From Hydrurus foetidus (lineage: Eukaryota): a stretch of DNA of 60,279 nucleotides. Below, one piece after another: positions 1-10,862 of this stretch. The stretch is taken from positions 1 to 60,279 of the forward strand of contig UYFQ01000112.1 in assembly GCA_900617105.1 (NCBI GenBank), in the 5' to 3' direction. Position 1 is the first letter of the stretch. Every line of letters begins with the position of its first letter. The notes under the pieces were generated by a model. The model saw only the letters and a list, made by a program, of their open reading frames with translations. It did not search any database and was not told the DNA's origin. The translations under genes and the position numbers were made by a program.

Positions 1-16
1 TAGTGATTCGACATTT

Positions 17-1148
17 TCAGGACCTTTTCCCCACAGCTGCACTTTCCGCTTTCTGTCGATGTATGATGTATAAAACGAAAATCAATATACTTAGAATTAT
101 TACGGCATACATGGCGGAGTTTACTTTTTGTTTCTCAGCTTTTGTCGCTTCTAATTCTTCCTTTGTCTTGTAACCCTGAGATTTCTCTATTTGATCTTTA
201 AGACTCAACCCCCTTTCCGGAATCTTGATCTTCTTTCAAATACGGAAAGCTTCTCGAGTTCGTCAGGACCTCTGGGAATGGATTTCTCAATTTTATCATT
301 AGTTTCCTGTTCCACACTCTTTATTTCTTTTCTTCTTTTTCTTCTTTTCAAATTTTGCTTTCTCCTCGGCCGCCCTTTCTTCCATCTCTAGTTCATCTCT
401 TCTTTCACTTTCTAACTCCTCCTCCACTTCGCCCCTCTCTCTTTCCTCCTCCTCCTCTGGCTCGTCCTCAGTCGGGGCTACATCTTTTTCGCCACGGGAT
501 TCCGCAGAAAGTTCATCGATGACCTTGCAGCTCTGCAGGAAATCAATTTTTGGGAACTCCTCATGTATGTAGTTATTTCCCCGGTTATGAATTTTACTAG
601 GATTTGGCCCTTTCCCGAAGGGTGGCATATCTCCATACTCCTTGTACAAGGCATCTAGCGTTTCCTGTCCCTCAACAACAACACCGAAAGGCGTCTCCCA
701 AGGTTCCTTACCAAGCCAATTCAAGTATTCGAAAGCTATAAATATTTGGGTGCTGCGCGTATTAGGTCCCCCTCCTGCGAAGCTCACGTAATTTTTCTGG
801 ATTCCCATATGGAGGTTAGGGTCATCAGGAATGTTGTCTTCATGCCAGTGAAACATTTGTGGATTCACAGATATACCGAATTGAGTGAGAAATTTCTTCA
901 CGCATCTGAAGAAGGCGATGTCGGTATAGAACCCGTCTTTCACGAGAGCAACAAAGCGCTCGGCCCCAAGTGGCGCCCAGTCACTATCGCACATCGCTGA
1001 TAAAATTTCCCTTCGTGGTTTCACAACTGACTCTTGCAGTCGGAGGAGCGATGTCGATTCCTCTGCCAGTCTCGAAAATGGAAATGAGGGTGATGATAAG
1101 ATGAACCAAGCACCACCTGCGCCTCGATGAATCAATTACTGCTATCAT
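17..1148 (-). CDS. Cyclophilin-type peptidyl-prolyl isomerase with hydrophobic N-terminus, acidic linker and C-terminal TM helix; frameshifted in this sequence
   Basis: ATG at 1148 reads MIAVIDSS..LIITLISIF..RVSCETTKGNFI, then shifts frame near 988 into DWAPLGAERF..FFRCVKKFLTQFG..SFAGGGPNTRSTQIFI..WETPFG (ORF 299-1135). ORF 17-208 (TM helix) probably continues the gene after further shifts near 340 and 240. Confidence 0.8.
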
Positions 1149-1439
1149 ACTCAAAATTCTCGACTGATAAGGGAAGTACTCACGAGATCGACAGCTTTTC
1201 CTCCACGTTGTTAACTCGGCCTATTGGGTTTCGGAGCGGATGCCATGCTGCTTCATGGACATGCAGCGACGTCGAAACTTCTCGGTGGTCTTTCCGTGAT
1301 TAATCGCAAATTTGAACTTCGTAATTTTGGATCGATTACACATTTCCGTTTGCATTGGTAAGTTGTGGCTTGTTGACAAAACTGAGAATAAATTCGTGTT
1401 TTTTGTTTATTTTTCGTGAACGTAAGAACGGGGAAGAAC

Positions 1440-1718
1440 TTTTGGAAATCTGGGCGATTTACACGGAATTTCTTCCGAGTTCCCAAACGATCCCTGCACT
1501 TCCGACTGCTAGCAACGCTCGCTCAAAAGAGAAGAAGACGTTCTATTCGGTAAGTTGGATTAAACGACAGTGACATGCTGTCGATTACATCTAGGTAGCA
1601 TAACATGAGTGCGAGGGTTGCGGTCAATGTTATCGCTGAATGTACGTACACCCGTGCATGAAAACAATCATACATCACACAGGGTACAAGATCCTAGTCT
1701 AATCCGGATATCCCAACA
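1440..1718 (-). repeat. 3' LTR of Copia-1 (279 bp)
   Basis: Near-identical to 7063-7342: one internal substitution, one 1-bp indel and three mismatches in the terminal 19 bp. Starts TGTTGG on the minus strand. Confidence 0.93.
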
Positions 1719-1728
1719 CACCCCCATG
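1719..1728 (-). other. Polypurine tract of Copia-1 (CATGGGGGTG)
   Basis: G-run directly upstream of the 3' LTR; the same motif precedes the Copia-2 3' LTR. Confidence 0.75.
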
Positions 1729-2133
1729 ATGGTTATTGTTTGAATAAGTGAATATGTTAATTAGCATATGCTTATATAGTATACTTATTGGTTATTGTTC
1801 ATAATGTTTCACACAACACTCAGATAGGGAACTTAGTGTTAGGGTATGGTAAACAGTAAATTTTCTTAAAAATATTTTTCACGGAATTTTTAATATTGAC
1901 AAGTTGCGTCGTGATATGGTGAAAAAGAAAACATGGGTGGTTGGATTAGTAAATGGGTATTGCTCGAGAAAAACTATTTGTAAACCGTCAAAAAAGCCTC
2001 AGCTGGTGACCGGTCTCGAGTTCGATCCAACCGATGTTGGTGCCCTTAAATCCGCTAAAACGTCGACATTCGATGTCGCAAAAGCGCTATAAGTGGGTAA
2101 GTCAAAATCAATAAATAACTCCCCTGAATTTCT

Positions 2134-3963
2134 TTATACATTGAGCACTTGGTCGCGTAGCTCTTGGAATAGCTTCCCCTGCAGTGGCTTGGTCAGCAAA
2201 TCTGCAATCATTTCTTTAGTACTCTTGTAGGTTACAATAATATGGTCTGATTTAATTCGGTCATGCAGGAAGAAAAACTTGATGTCTATGTGTCTAGTTC
2301 TTTCACTGTTGGACCTACCGTTCTTAACTAACTGAATTGTGGATAGGTTATCTTGGTAATTTAAAGCTGGACCTACCTCATGCTCTTGGTGGATAAGGAA
2401 ATTCCTAGTCCATAAAACCTGATTACCTGCTTCAGTCATAGCTACTAGTTCTGCCTCTGTGCTAGACGTAGTATTTAATTTCTGAGTGGAACTCTTACCA
2501 TATATTGCTCCCTTACCTAGTGTTATAATACAGCCAGTGTGACTCTTCTTATCTGCATGTACAGCGTATGATGCATCTATATAGGCTATAACCTTAACCG
2601 GAGTATCTACCTCTAGGGTCAGCGGCGTAGCTCTAGTCTCTCTGATATACCGTATAGTATGCGCTAACTTATTCCAGTCGTCGGTTCTAGGTTCTAAGAC
2701 TCTTTTAGTTAGATATGCTATACATGTCAGTATGTCTGGTCTGGTTCTCTTACTTAAATATAACAACTTAGCTGTTAGTGAGTGGAATCTCTCACGTTCT
2801 TTATCTTTCAATAAAGGACTGTTAAGATCGATCTTGAATAGATTATCGTCGGCAGGTGTTCTAGACACCCCCACAATCTCTATGCAATCGTCTAACAAGT
2901 CTTTTATGAAACCTTCCATGGATATGACAACTCTGCCTAACTGCTCAAAGTTAAAAGTCATACCTATATAATTCAACACTCTGCCTCTACTCTTAGTCAA
3001 GCCTGGGTATAGTTTTTCTATCTCTGAAATTATACTATCTATACGCTTCTCATCCCTACTGCTGATCATCATATCATCAACATGGATAACTAAAGTAGTC
3101 TGAGTGGAATCTAGCTCAGTCCTATTGAATACACATATGTCTGATGGATTTACCTTATAGCCTAACTGTGTTAAGTCTGATGATATTTTATCGTACCATA
3201 ACTTAGCTGACTCTACGCATCCATATAATGCTTTCTTAAGCTTAACTACTACTGTTCCTTTCTCATTTACATACTTCTGATAAGACTTGTCAATGCTAAC
3301 TAATATGTTAGTCAAATATTTATTCAGTCTCATCAGCACTGCATGGTCACCGTCTAGTGGCATATCACTGTTGAGGAATGCACCAGGAAAATCGATCGTA
3401 GCGACCGCTCGATTTTCACTAGCAGCAATTGCAGCAACAATAAATACGCTAGTGGTGCTAACAGTTGGTGATGAACCGTTATCATATATATTTCTATCTT
3501 GTAAATGACCTCCTGCTACAAGTCTAGATTTTAGCTTATCAAATTTACCATCTGCTGTATACTTATCTTTTAAAAACATACTGCTGGTTATGATACTTTT
3601 CCTCTGATTGTAACTAAGACTGTTGAGGTGAACTGCCTCCCACACATTCTTATCACACATCTGTTGTAACTCTTTTTTAATGGAATCTACGGCTATCTCG
3701 CCTAATTTCTGTACTCCTTCTGTTACGGTCATGTTCATCATGTACTTACACATAACTGAATCTTTGTAGCTAGGTATACTTAAACCTACTAATCTCTTGT
3801 TCCATCTACCTGGCTGATGGTTTCTAGCACTACGTCTGGGTTGTTTATCTAGAATTTCCTCTGACTTGCTATTTTCTGTGGTGGGGGTATCTACCTCATC
3901 ATCACTGTCTACACCAAATATATATATTTCATAATGCATCGGGGTCAGTTGGTGTATCGTCAT
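2134..3963 (-). CDS. Copia-1 pol: reverse transcriptase + RNase H
   Basis: KSRLVAGG, TIDFPGAFLN, LKKALYG, VIHVDD, YIDASY, SSTEAE, RTRHIDIK, ADLLTKPL. Confidence 0.93.
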   Translation of the reverse strand: MTIHQLTPMHYEIYIFGVDSDDEVDTPTTENSKSEEILDKQPRRSARNHQPGRWNKRLVGLSIPSYKDSVMCKYMMNMTVTEGVQKLGEIAVDSIKKELQQMCDKNVWEAVHLNSLSYNQRKSIITSSMFLKDKYTADGKFDKLKSRLVAGGHLQDRNIYDNGSSPTVSTTSVFIVAAIAASENRAVATIDFPGAFLNSDMPLDGDHAVLMRLNKYLTNILVSIDKSYQKYVNEKGTVVVKLKKALYGCVESAKLWYDKISSDLTQLGYKVNPSDICVFNRTELDSTQTTLVIHVDDMMISSRDEKRIDSIISEIEKLYPGLTKSRGRVLNYIGMTFNFEQLGRVVISMEGFIKDLLDDCIEIVGVSRTPADDNLFKIDLNSPLLKDKERERFHSLTAKLLYLSKRTRPDILTCIAYLTKRVLEPRTDDWNKLAHTIRYIRETRATPLTLEVDTPVKVIAYIDASYAVHADKKSHTGCIITLGKGAIYGKSSTQKLNTTSSTEAELVAMTEAGNQVLWTRNFLIHQEHEVGPALNYQDNLSTIQLVKNGRSNSERTRHIDIKFFFLHDRIKSDHIIVTYKSTKEMIADLLTKPLQGKLFQELRDQVLNV

Positions 3964-5755
3964 ACACTACATCCTCTCCTTCATTAACGTATATATCATT
4001 TGGTATGTATTCTGTTAATTGTTCGAACTCTGATTCGTAAGCTACATCAGAATTGCCATCGTATGAGTCAAAATTATTTGCTATCTCATGATGCACAAAT
4101 TCGTCTTCTGTAGGGTAACTATACGGTGTTATCATGTCAGGTGTCTGCAACTCAAATTCATCGTTGGAGTAATCATTTCCATCGTCTTCGAGGATTTGAT
4201 TACTCTGTTCGAAAATAGGTTGCTTGACATTCACTGACATATTTAATTTCCTCTCAGATGCTAACTTATCGAGGTAACTGATCACATCATCTGTCATGGG
4301 TAGGCTAGTAGCCTTTGTCCTCTTCACTACTTTTAAGTTAGCTAACAGCAGATAATACCATGAACCTTCTAGGTTGCCTGCACTAACTAATGCTATTGCT
4401 GCCTGTGATCTGGGTTTAGTCGAGTTGTCCACGGAATCGGTATGTACTTGTACGTAATCACCGAAACCGTGTTTCAACTCCTTATCTACGTTAATCTTTC
4501 TACCGTATAATTTCTCTCTGGGGCTGACGTAAGCTACACTGTTTCTAGTTGGTACTAAATTTAATCTGTTCACAACATATCTAAGTAACCAACTTTCTAG
4601 TAGCTCACTCAGTGAAAAAGGTACCGTGTTGATGATGGCACGAACACGTTCCTTGATCACTCTGATCTTCCTCTCAACTACAGCTACTGCTTCTCCTGCT
4701 CCAGTACTGTCTAATATAATACCTAGTGCGGCTAGCTTACTCTCAAAACTTATGGTGTTAACTGCCGACTCTCCGTCTATTCTTATCATAGTTATCTTAA
4801 ATCCATACTTAGTAATGTGATGTATGTTGCTCTCTAAGTTCATCCATAAGGAAGACTTGTTTTTGCGTGAGAGTTTACATATCATCACATATTCTAAGGG
4901 ATTTGTAACTGTGACTAGATAGGGTATCGAGTTCACAAACATCAAATCTATGTACATAACCTGGTTCAGGAACTGCCTATCTACAACTGGCATCTCTTCC
5001 TCTAACTCAGTTTTGTGACTAGTTGTTTTCCCCTTAAGGGAACCCAAATCTGGTCCAAAAATATCTAATGCTCTAACTACATCTTGTGCTGTTATGTCAC
5101 TCTTATCTAATTTCCCCTGACCTATTAATTTAATTAACTGTCCTGGGCTGGCGTAACCTAACTTTCTCTGATACTCTCTAGCTAACTCTGCTGACTTAAC
5201 TTGTCTAGCTGTATACAGTTTCTTCTTATCCTTAACTGTCATGACCATGATCGATTTATCGAACGATACATTCTTGTAACTGACATTTCTGTCTAAGTCG
5301 CATAGATATATGTTCGTAGACTGATCATGGACAAATCTATATACAGGTCCTAACTTAATCATCCTAACTTTGTAACAATCCTGGTCACTGTCATAGCTAA
5401 CTGACTCGCTCGAGCTGACTATGTTACCGAAGGATAATATATTCGCTATACAATTTCTATCGTAGTAAACTGTTCCGAAGTCCGTCTCGCCACACTCCGT
5501 GATTATCAAGGGTTCCCCCTGAGGGTTCACTCCATTAATAATCATCGGGGTAGCGGACGGCATAATACTATAAAATAAATCTCCACTACAAAATACTGAC
5601 TCTGCTGCACATGTATCTAACAACACTTGTCTATCTGTAAATGTGGAACTGTGTGTATATACATTCGCACTAAAAATCACAGGGTCACCCCCACAATTTT
5701 TACTGTTCAGTGGACAAAAATTCTCCAAGCTGCATGCTTTATCTAACAATGGCAC
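3929..5755 (-). CDS. Copia-1 pol: aspartic protease + integrase
   Basis: VLLDTCAA protease motif; integrase D-D-E (YIDLMF, RIDGES, VERKIRVIKE); FGDYVQ. Joined to the RT ORF by a frameshift near 3930-3960. Confidence 0.88.
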   Translation of the reverse strand: MPLLDKACSLENFCPLNSKNCGGDPVIFSANVYTHSSTFTDRQVLLDTCAAESVFCSGDLFYSIMPSATPMIINGVNPQGEPLIITECGETDFGTVYYDRNCIANILSFGNIVSSSESVSYDSDQDCYKVRMIKLGPVYRFVHDQSTNIYLCDLDRNVSYKNVSFDKSIMVMTVKDKKKLYTARQVKSAELAREYQRKLGYASPGQLIKLIGQGKLDKSDITAQDVVRALDIFGPDLGSLKGKTTSHKTELEEEMPVVDRQFLNQVMYIDLMFVNSIPYLVTVTNPLEYVMICKLSRKNKSSLWMNLESNIHHITKYGFKITMIRIDGESAVNTISFESKLAALGIILDSTGAGEAVAVVERKIRVIKERVRAIINTVPFSLSELLESWLLRYVVNRLNLVPTRNSVAYVSPREKLYGRKINVDKELKHGFGDYVQVHTDSVDNSTKPRSQAAIALVSAGNLEGSWYYLLLANLKVVKRTKATSLPMTDDVISYLDKLASERKLNMSVNVKQPIFEQSNQILEDDGNDYSNDEFELQTPDMITPYSYPTEDEFVHHEIANNFDSYDGNSDVAYESEFEQLTEYIPNDIYVNEGEDVVYDDTPTDPDAL

Positions 5756-5864
5756 AAACGCAGGGTAACCGGTCGACGTTGCAAATACGTCATGCAGTCC
5801 GGTTTCCCCACACGGAACATTTACATCCTTAGCTAGTGAATCAGGTAAAAAACATATAAGGGAC

Positions 5865-7006
5865 TTACTTTTCCGAGGAAGTGTGACGCGCAGGTGCGTT
5901 CTTCTTCGGCGGGCTTCCTACACTCGTAGCCCCTCCTCCCCGCAGTTGTTGCAGCTCCGTAACGGGTACCGTACTCCTGTACGGCACCACCTCTCTCTCT
6001 GTGGGGGTGGCCTCCCTATCCCTATAGGGAGTGCCTGCCCACTTGCTCTCGCTGCCGGGGTGTTCCCTCCCGCTGTTCTGCTCCGCGGCCTCTGCCGCCT
6101 CTCGCTCCGGGCCGCTCCCCCGACTGGCCGCGAAAACGTTTCGCTTCTCCGAGTTCGGGGGAGCTCCTCCGTGGACGGGCCTTCCCAAGGAAGTTGGCCG
6201 CGTCCTGGTTGGCATCGGCCATGGTCTGCGGCCATGGCCGAACCTTATTTTTAAACGTATTTATATTCTGAATAGTTTGAATTCAGTCAGTTATAAATAA
6301 TACAGCATGGAACTCATCTGTGTGTTCTGGGGCTTCTTCGTCCGCCATCCTGTAGGCTTCGCTCTTGACGAACAGCAGCGTCCTACACCTACTATAATAA
6401 GCAGCTAGGTCCTCGTGTGCAGTCATTTTATTTGTATAGAAGTTTCTAACTGCTGTTATAGTGTTAAATGTTTCTCCATACCTTTTGTTGCTCATGTGTG
6501 TTGCAACCACACATGTCAACAGACCTAGAGGATCACATTCCTCCATAGCTCTCTTCCCAGACGGCATCTCGTTCACCCTGGTCTCGAGGCCTCTGACATT
6601 TGACCTAATAATACACCATACAATTTTGCGCAGTCTTTTATAAGTAATTCATCAGCAGCATCATATTTCTTACGTGCAGTTTTCCATCTCTCTATCGCGA
6701 CAAGACCGGCTCCCTCCGGCGGGTCTTCAGGTTCCACCTGCTCCACGTAGTCGTAGAGGATGCCGTCTATACCTATAATTTCTTTAATAGAAGATTCATA
6801 AGTACTGTACATATATACTCGAAAACATTCGAGCCATTTCAACACAGATTCTGGATCTGCCGCTTGGCCTCGTGGCAGATCCAGGTAAGCACCTACCTCG
6901 GGCTTCCTACCTTTTACTATGGGTTTATGGGGCTCGCCTTGCCCCCTACCATATCGACCCCTGCCCCCGCCACGGGACTGGAATCTCCATCGCCTCGTCC
7001 TCTCAT
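5865..7006 (-). pseudogene. Copia-1 gag, broken by several 1-bp indels
   Basis: ATG at 7006 is followed by an RG-rich N-terminus. ORF pieces 6573-7109, 6283-6576 and 5918-6235 include a damaged CCHC knuckle (CNNCGEEG). Confidence 0.7.
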
Positions 7007-7051
7007 CCTTGCAAGATTTTTGCAACTTTCTAGCTAATCTATCTAAGGATG

Positions 7052-7062
7052 ACTGTCGTTTA
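7052..7062 (-). other. Primer-binding site of Copia-1 (TAAACGACAGT), non-tRNA type, complementary to its own LTR
   Basis: Abuts the 5' LTR end (CCAACA), lacks TGG, and is the exact reverse complement of the element-sense sequence at 7184-7194. Confidence 0.8.
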
Positions 7063-7342
7063 TGTTGGAATTCTGGGCGAATTACACGGAATTTCTTCCG
7101 AGTTCCCAAACGATCCCTGCACTTCCGACTGCTAGCAACGCTCGCTCAAAAGAGAAGAAGACGTTCTATTCGGTAAGTTGGATTAAACGACAGTGACATG
7201 CTGTCGATTACATCTAGCTAGCATAACATGAGTGCGAGGGTTGCGGTCAATGTTATCGCTGAATGTACGTACACCCGTGCATGAAAAACAATCATACATC
7301 ACACAGGGTACAAGATCCTAGTCTAATCCGGATATCCCAACA
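7063..7342 (-). repeat. 5' LTR of Copia-1 (280 bp, TGTTGG...CCAACA)
   Basis: 6-bp terminal inverted repeat; direct repeat of 1440-1718. Confidence 0.95.
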
Positions 7343-7680
7343 TTGGGTCAAGAGTACTTACGCAAACGTGTGAGAGTGGTTCAAGAAGGTTCAAGTTGAT
7401 TGAGTTCGAGTTGTGTCTCGAAGTCGAAGTGATTCCTACTGGTACTGTGTCAGGTTTACTGAAGATTCGCAAGGCAGTAAGAAATCCAAGTTAAGTCAGT
7501 GGCACTTCCGTTCTGTCTCAACTGTAAAATTGACTGCGGCTTTGTTTACTCTGCTGAAATTGAAGTAGTCTTCGAGTAATTCTTCATATTTGCTAACGTA
7601 GAGCGCCTCCAGAAACGCCACACTTCCCTTCAGAAGCTAACGGTTGTCTCGAAGTCGCCTCTGTTGGCTGGAAGGATTGA

Positions 7681-10600
7681 ATGAAGTCGTTTATGATTCT
7701 GATTGCGCTGATATATGTTTTTGGGCGCGTTTCTTCACTAAATGCGAAAGCGTGGCAGAGTGTTGATGGCGATCTCGAGAGTAATGACTTCCCTGAGACT
7801 CCTTATCTTCTAACTCGGTCTAATACAGCCATTGGATTTAGTGGTGGAGGTGAAACACCAGTAGATTCGCTGAAAATCTTCATGCTGTCGACTGTTGAGC
7901 TCGGTCAATTCCTCTGATTGCAGAAAGCTTTGAAAGGCAATAGCGAAATACAGTCCTCCCAACTTTTAAAAGCCACTGATAAGTTCCATCATTTTGATGA
8001 TGACATTAGGTTCAAGGGCATACGTGGCAGCTCTTGGTCAAATATCCGCTTTGAACGAGTTAGGCCTGCTTGAAAAGATTAAATACATGGGGGGAATATC
8101 AGGAGGTAAGATGCCCTAAGAAGACTTTTTTAAGATGCTTGTACTACTAGTTTTCAGTACCGCATTTCTATCCTTTCGTTTCCTGTCTGTTCTCATTTCT
8201 ATTTAAACTCCGACAATAAACTTTATTCAGACAGTTTTCAAGTGACTTTTCACCTTGATTTACGACACTTGATACAATCTCTGTGGATGTCATGTATAGT
8301 GCGCGCTGTACAGGCAAAGTTTTCTTTTCTTTCAACTTTACATGTGCATGATATCTTATCATAAAAACTGTCAATCCTCTGTTTACAAAAATCTACAAAA
8401 TTTAATTATTTCAAGGGTCATGGGCAGTGACAGTTGTCACGTACGCACAAAACGTCACAGACATTGAAAGATTTCTCGGTGATATAATACAGCCTCAACA
8501 CATCAATCGCGAAGAATTAAATAAAATGAATCCTGAATGTGCGAGAAAATTTGCTGGAGCCGATTTAGTTGCGATTATATTATGGATGTTGAAAAACCGT
8601 GTTGTAGAATCCGTAGCTGAAGCATGGGCAGCTGCCTTGCAAGTAATGTACTTGGGTGAGTTTGTTAAAGCTATTTTGTGTTTGTGTGTTTTGTTTGATT
8701 ATTATCATTCGCATCATCTCAAATAATCCTATTTCATGTCGTTCGTATTATTTCGATTAACTTGAATTACGAAATGTAATCAACAACATACAAGACTAAT
8801 TTAGATGCAATTTACATTTTAGATCCAGTGAGAATCCCCAAAGGACTGAGATTTTCATGGAATGCAGAAACAGTTGAAAATATTAAAATCAGGAATCCAG
8901 ATCTAAGATCAGCAAGGTAAGAAAGAAAACATACACATATGTGTAATCATTTGCAGACAATTCTAGTTTTTTTTTGTGAATTTTTTCTGTCACATATAAC
9001 TGTTACGAGTATTAAATATAAACATTTTATTCCTAGTTTTTAATTTTTTTTAAGATTTTTGCTCCCTCTGAACGGGCTTTGGCCCTACCCCCTGATCGGC
9101 ACCACTCTGGTGGGTCCCACTTCAAATGCACCGTATGGCGTTAAAAACCATAATTACACTAGACTGGACATTACTCCATTGTATGTGGGTCAGATGGCGA
9201 CTGTGTGTGTGGTGTATCGATATTTATGTGGGTTTCTGAAGAGGAGTATTACCATCGGAGGCGCTGTTGAGACTTTTGCATTTGCTCGCAATGGTGAGAG
9301 CTGCTCCGCTCTGTCCATCTTTGTTCTGATCTGTTCTGTTCTGTTTGTATGTGCTGTAAAGAGATGGATGAATCATGATTGTGTGTGTACTGTGCCGTGC
9401 ATCCCGATGCACCACTGTCTCTTGTGATTGATTTCGTGTTATTGTATGTGATCATTCTTTATTGTATGTGATCATTCTTTATTGTATGTGATCATTCTTT
9501 ATTGTATGTGATCATTCTTTATTGTATGTGATCATTCTTTATTGTATGTGCGTCGCTTCATTCACAAACCACTAAAGAAAATGGACTCATTTCTGTCCAT
9601 TTCAACAGGCAAGGGACCTTACTACGGATTACCGGATGGAGTGACATCAACGGTTATATCCAACATACCCGATCCGCAAGACATTTTGGATTTACAGTCG
9701 GCCATTGCGGCATCCAGCTACGCTCCAGGTAGATGAGAATTGATATGATTATATTAAATGTGTTATTTATTCCTACTCTAGTGTGTTGGTCATGACCTGT
9801 CTATGAGAATCAAGAATTTCACTTGTTGCTGTCACACCTAGTCTGACGCAATATAGTGCAATTTCTTGATTCTCAGTTGTGTTATTAAAACACTCTTGAT
9901 TATCGATCCCTTTGTTTTAGTTGTCATTAGACGTGCATTTTTAATTTTCAATTTGTTGTGATTTCTGTTCTCTATTTTTGTTTTTATCGGTTGAATTCAC
10001 GCGTCTATTTGTATTTGAATGTAGAATTCATTTCCAATTGATGAATTTGTCATTATCCTCATATTAACTGTTTACTTCACTGTGCCTTCCTTTCCTTACT
10101 GTCAACTTTGTACTTAATTTAGGCGCATTTGCTGAATCGATACCATTAGGAGTATCAGATTCATTTGGAATGCATTTTAACTATTGGTCTCCCACACACC
10201 ACACTCGACCGACAAACTACGACATGTTACTGGCTGACGGAGGTTCGCTGGAAAATATACCGCTTATTTCATTTTTACAAAGAAAAGTCAAGAAAATCAT
10301 GTTATTCTTGAATTATGATGATCCGTTACAGACAATGGACGAGTGGGATGTCGAAACAAATAGCCGGAAATTCGGCCAAATTAGTGACGCACTTCCGGCC
10401 TATTTCGGCATTTTCATCGAGAAGGCATCTGTTATATTTGAGAGGTCGTATGATTATAGTAAAAATCAAGTTTATGCAGAAAGTGAATATGCAAAATTGA
10501 TACAAACGCTACAAAAAGCTCAAAAAGAAGGAAATGGAATAATCGCAACAATGAATCTCACGACAATAAGAAATGAAAATTGGGGAATTCCAGACGGTTT

Positions 10601-10862
10601 TACATCGCAAATTACTTTTGTTTATCTTGGTCGACTATTGTCATGGGAAAATAAATTATCCCAACAAATGAGGGCTTTAGTCCAGCCCACAAATGGGGGG
10701 GAGGATCTTGGGTCCGATGTGGAATCTGGCCCGTTTAGCGGGTTTCCCCACTACACTACATTAGCAGGAGGAATTAATTCTGAGAGAGCCAATTTATTGT
10801 CCAATATGGTTGGGTGGAGTGTGCTGGAAAATAGGGAACTATTCAAGTCCCTGTGTGAATAA
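7681..10862 (+). CDS. Secreted patatin/cPLA2-lysophospholipase family lipase (about 7 exons)
   Basis: Signal peptide MKSFMILIALIYVFG; FSGGG|SRA oxyanion motif; GISG|GSW nucleophile elbow split by an intron; LADGGSLEN in the last exon. Approximate GT-AG introns: 7850-8010, 8106-8416, 8657-8822, 8917-9054, 9294-9608, 9729-10122. Confidence 0.82.
9441..9550 (+). repeat. Intronic 20-bp tandem repeat (ATTGTATGTGATCATTCTTT) x5.5
   Basis: Perfect copies read directly; there are no spacers. Confidence 0.95.

Larger units (their letters stand above)
1440..7342 (-). mobile_element. Ty1/Copia LTR retrotransposon 1 (CoDi-like), full length, frameshifted
   Basis: Direct repeats at 1440-1718 and 7063-7342. 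Domain order gag-PR(LLDTCA)-IN-RT(VIHVDD)-RNaseH(YIDAS..STEAE..QDN) is the Copia order. Confidence 0.95.

Noticed and set aside
1224..1228. TTGGG as the missing left TSD of Copia-1
   Set aside because: It is about 210 bp from the LTR end, and a 5-mer match at that distance is expected by chance.
1996..2028. tRNA-like A-box and B-box fragments (GCCTCAGCTGGT ... GAGTTCGATCC) in the Copia-1 3' region
   Set aside because: The boxes are only about 10 nt apart, with no anticodon arm or acceptor stem, so no cloverleaf can form.
3929..3963. Programmed ribosomal frameshift between IN and RT
   Set aside because: Copia pol is normally one frame, Copia-2 is continuous here, and many other indels lie nearby.
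9441..9550. CRISPR-like repeat array
   Set aside because: Head-to-tail copies with no spacers, inside a eukaryotic intron, and no cas genes.
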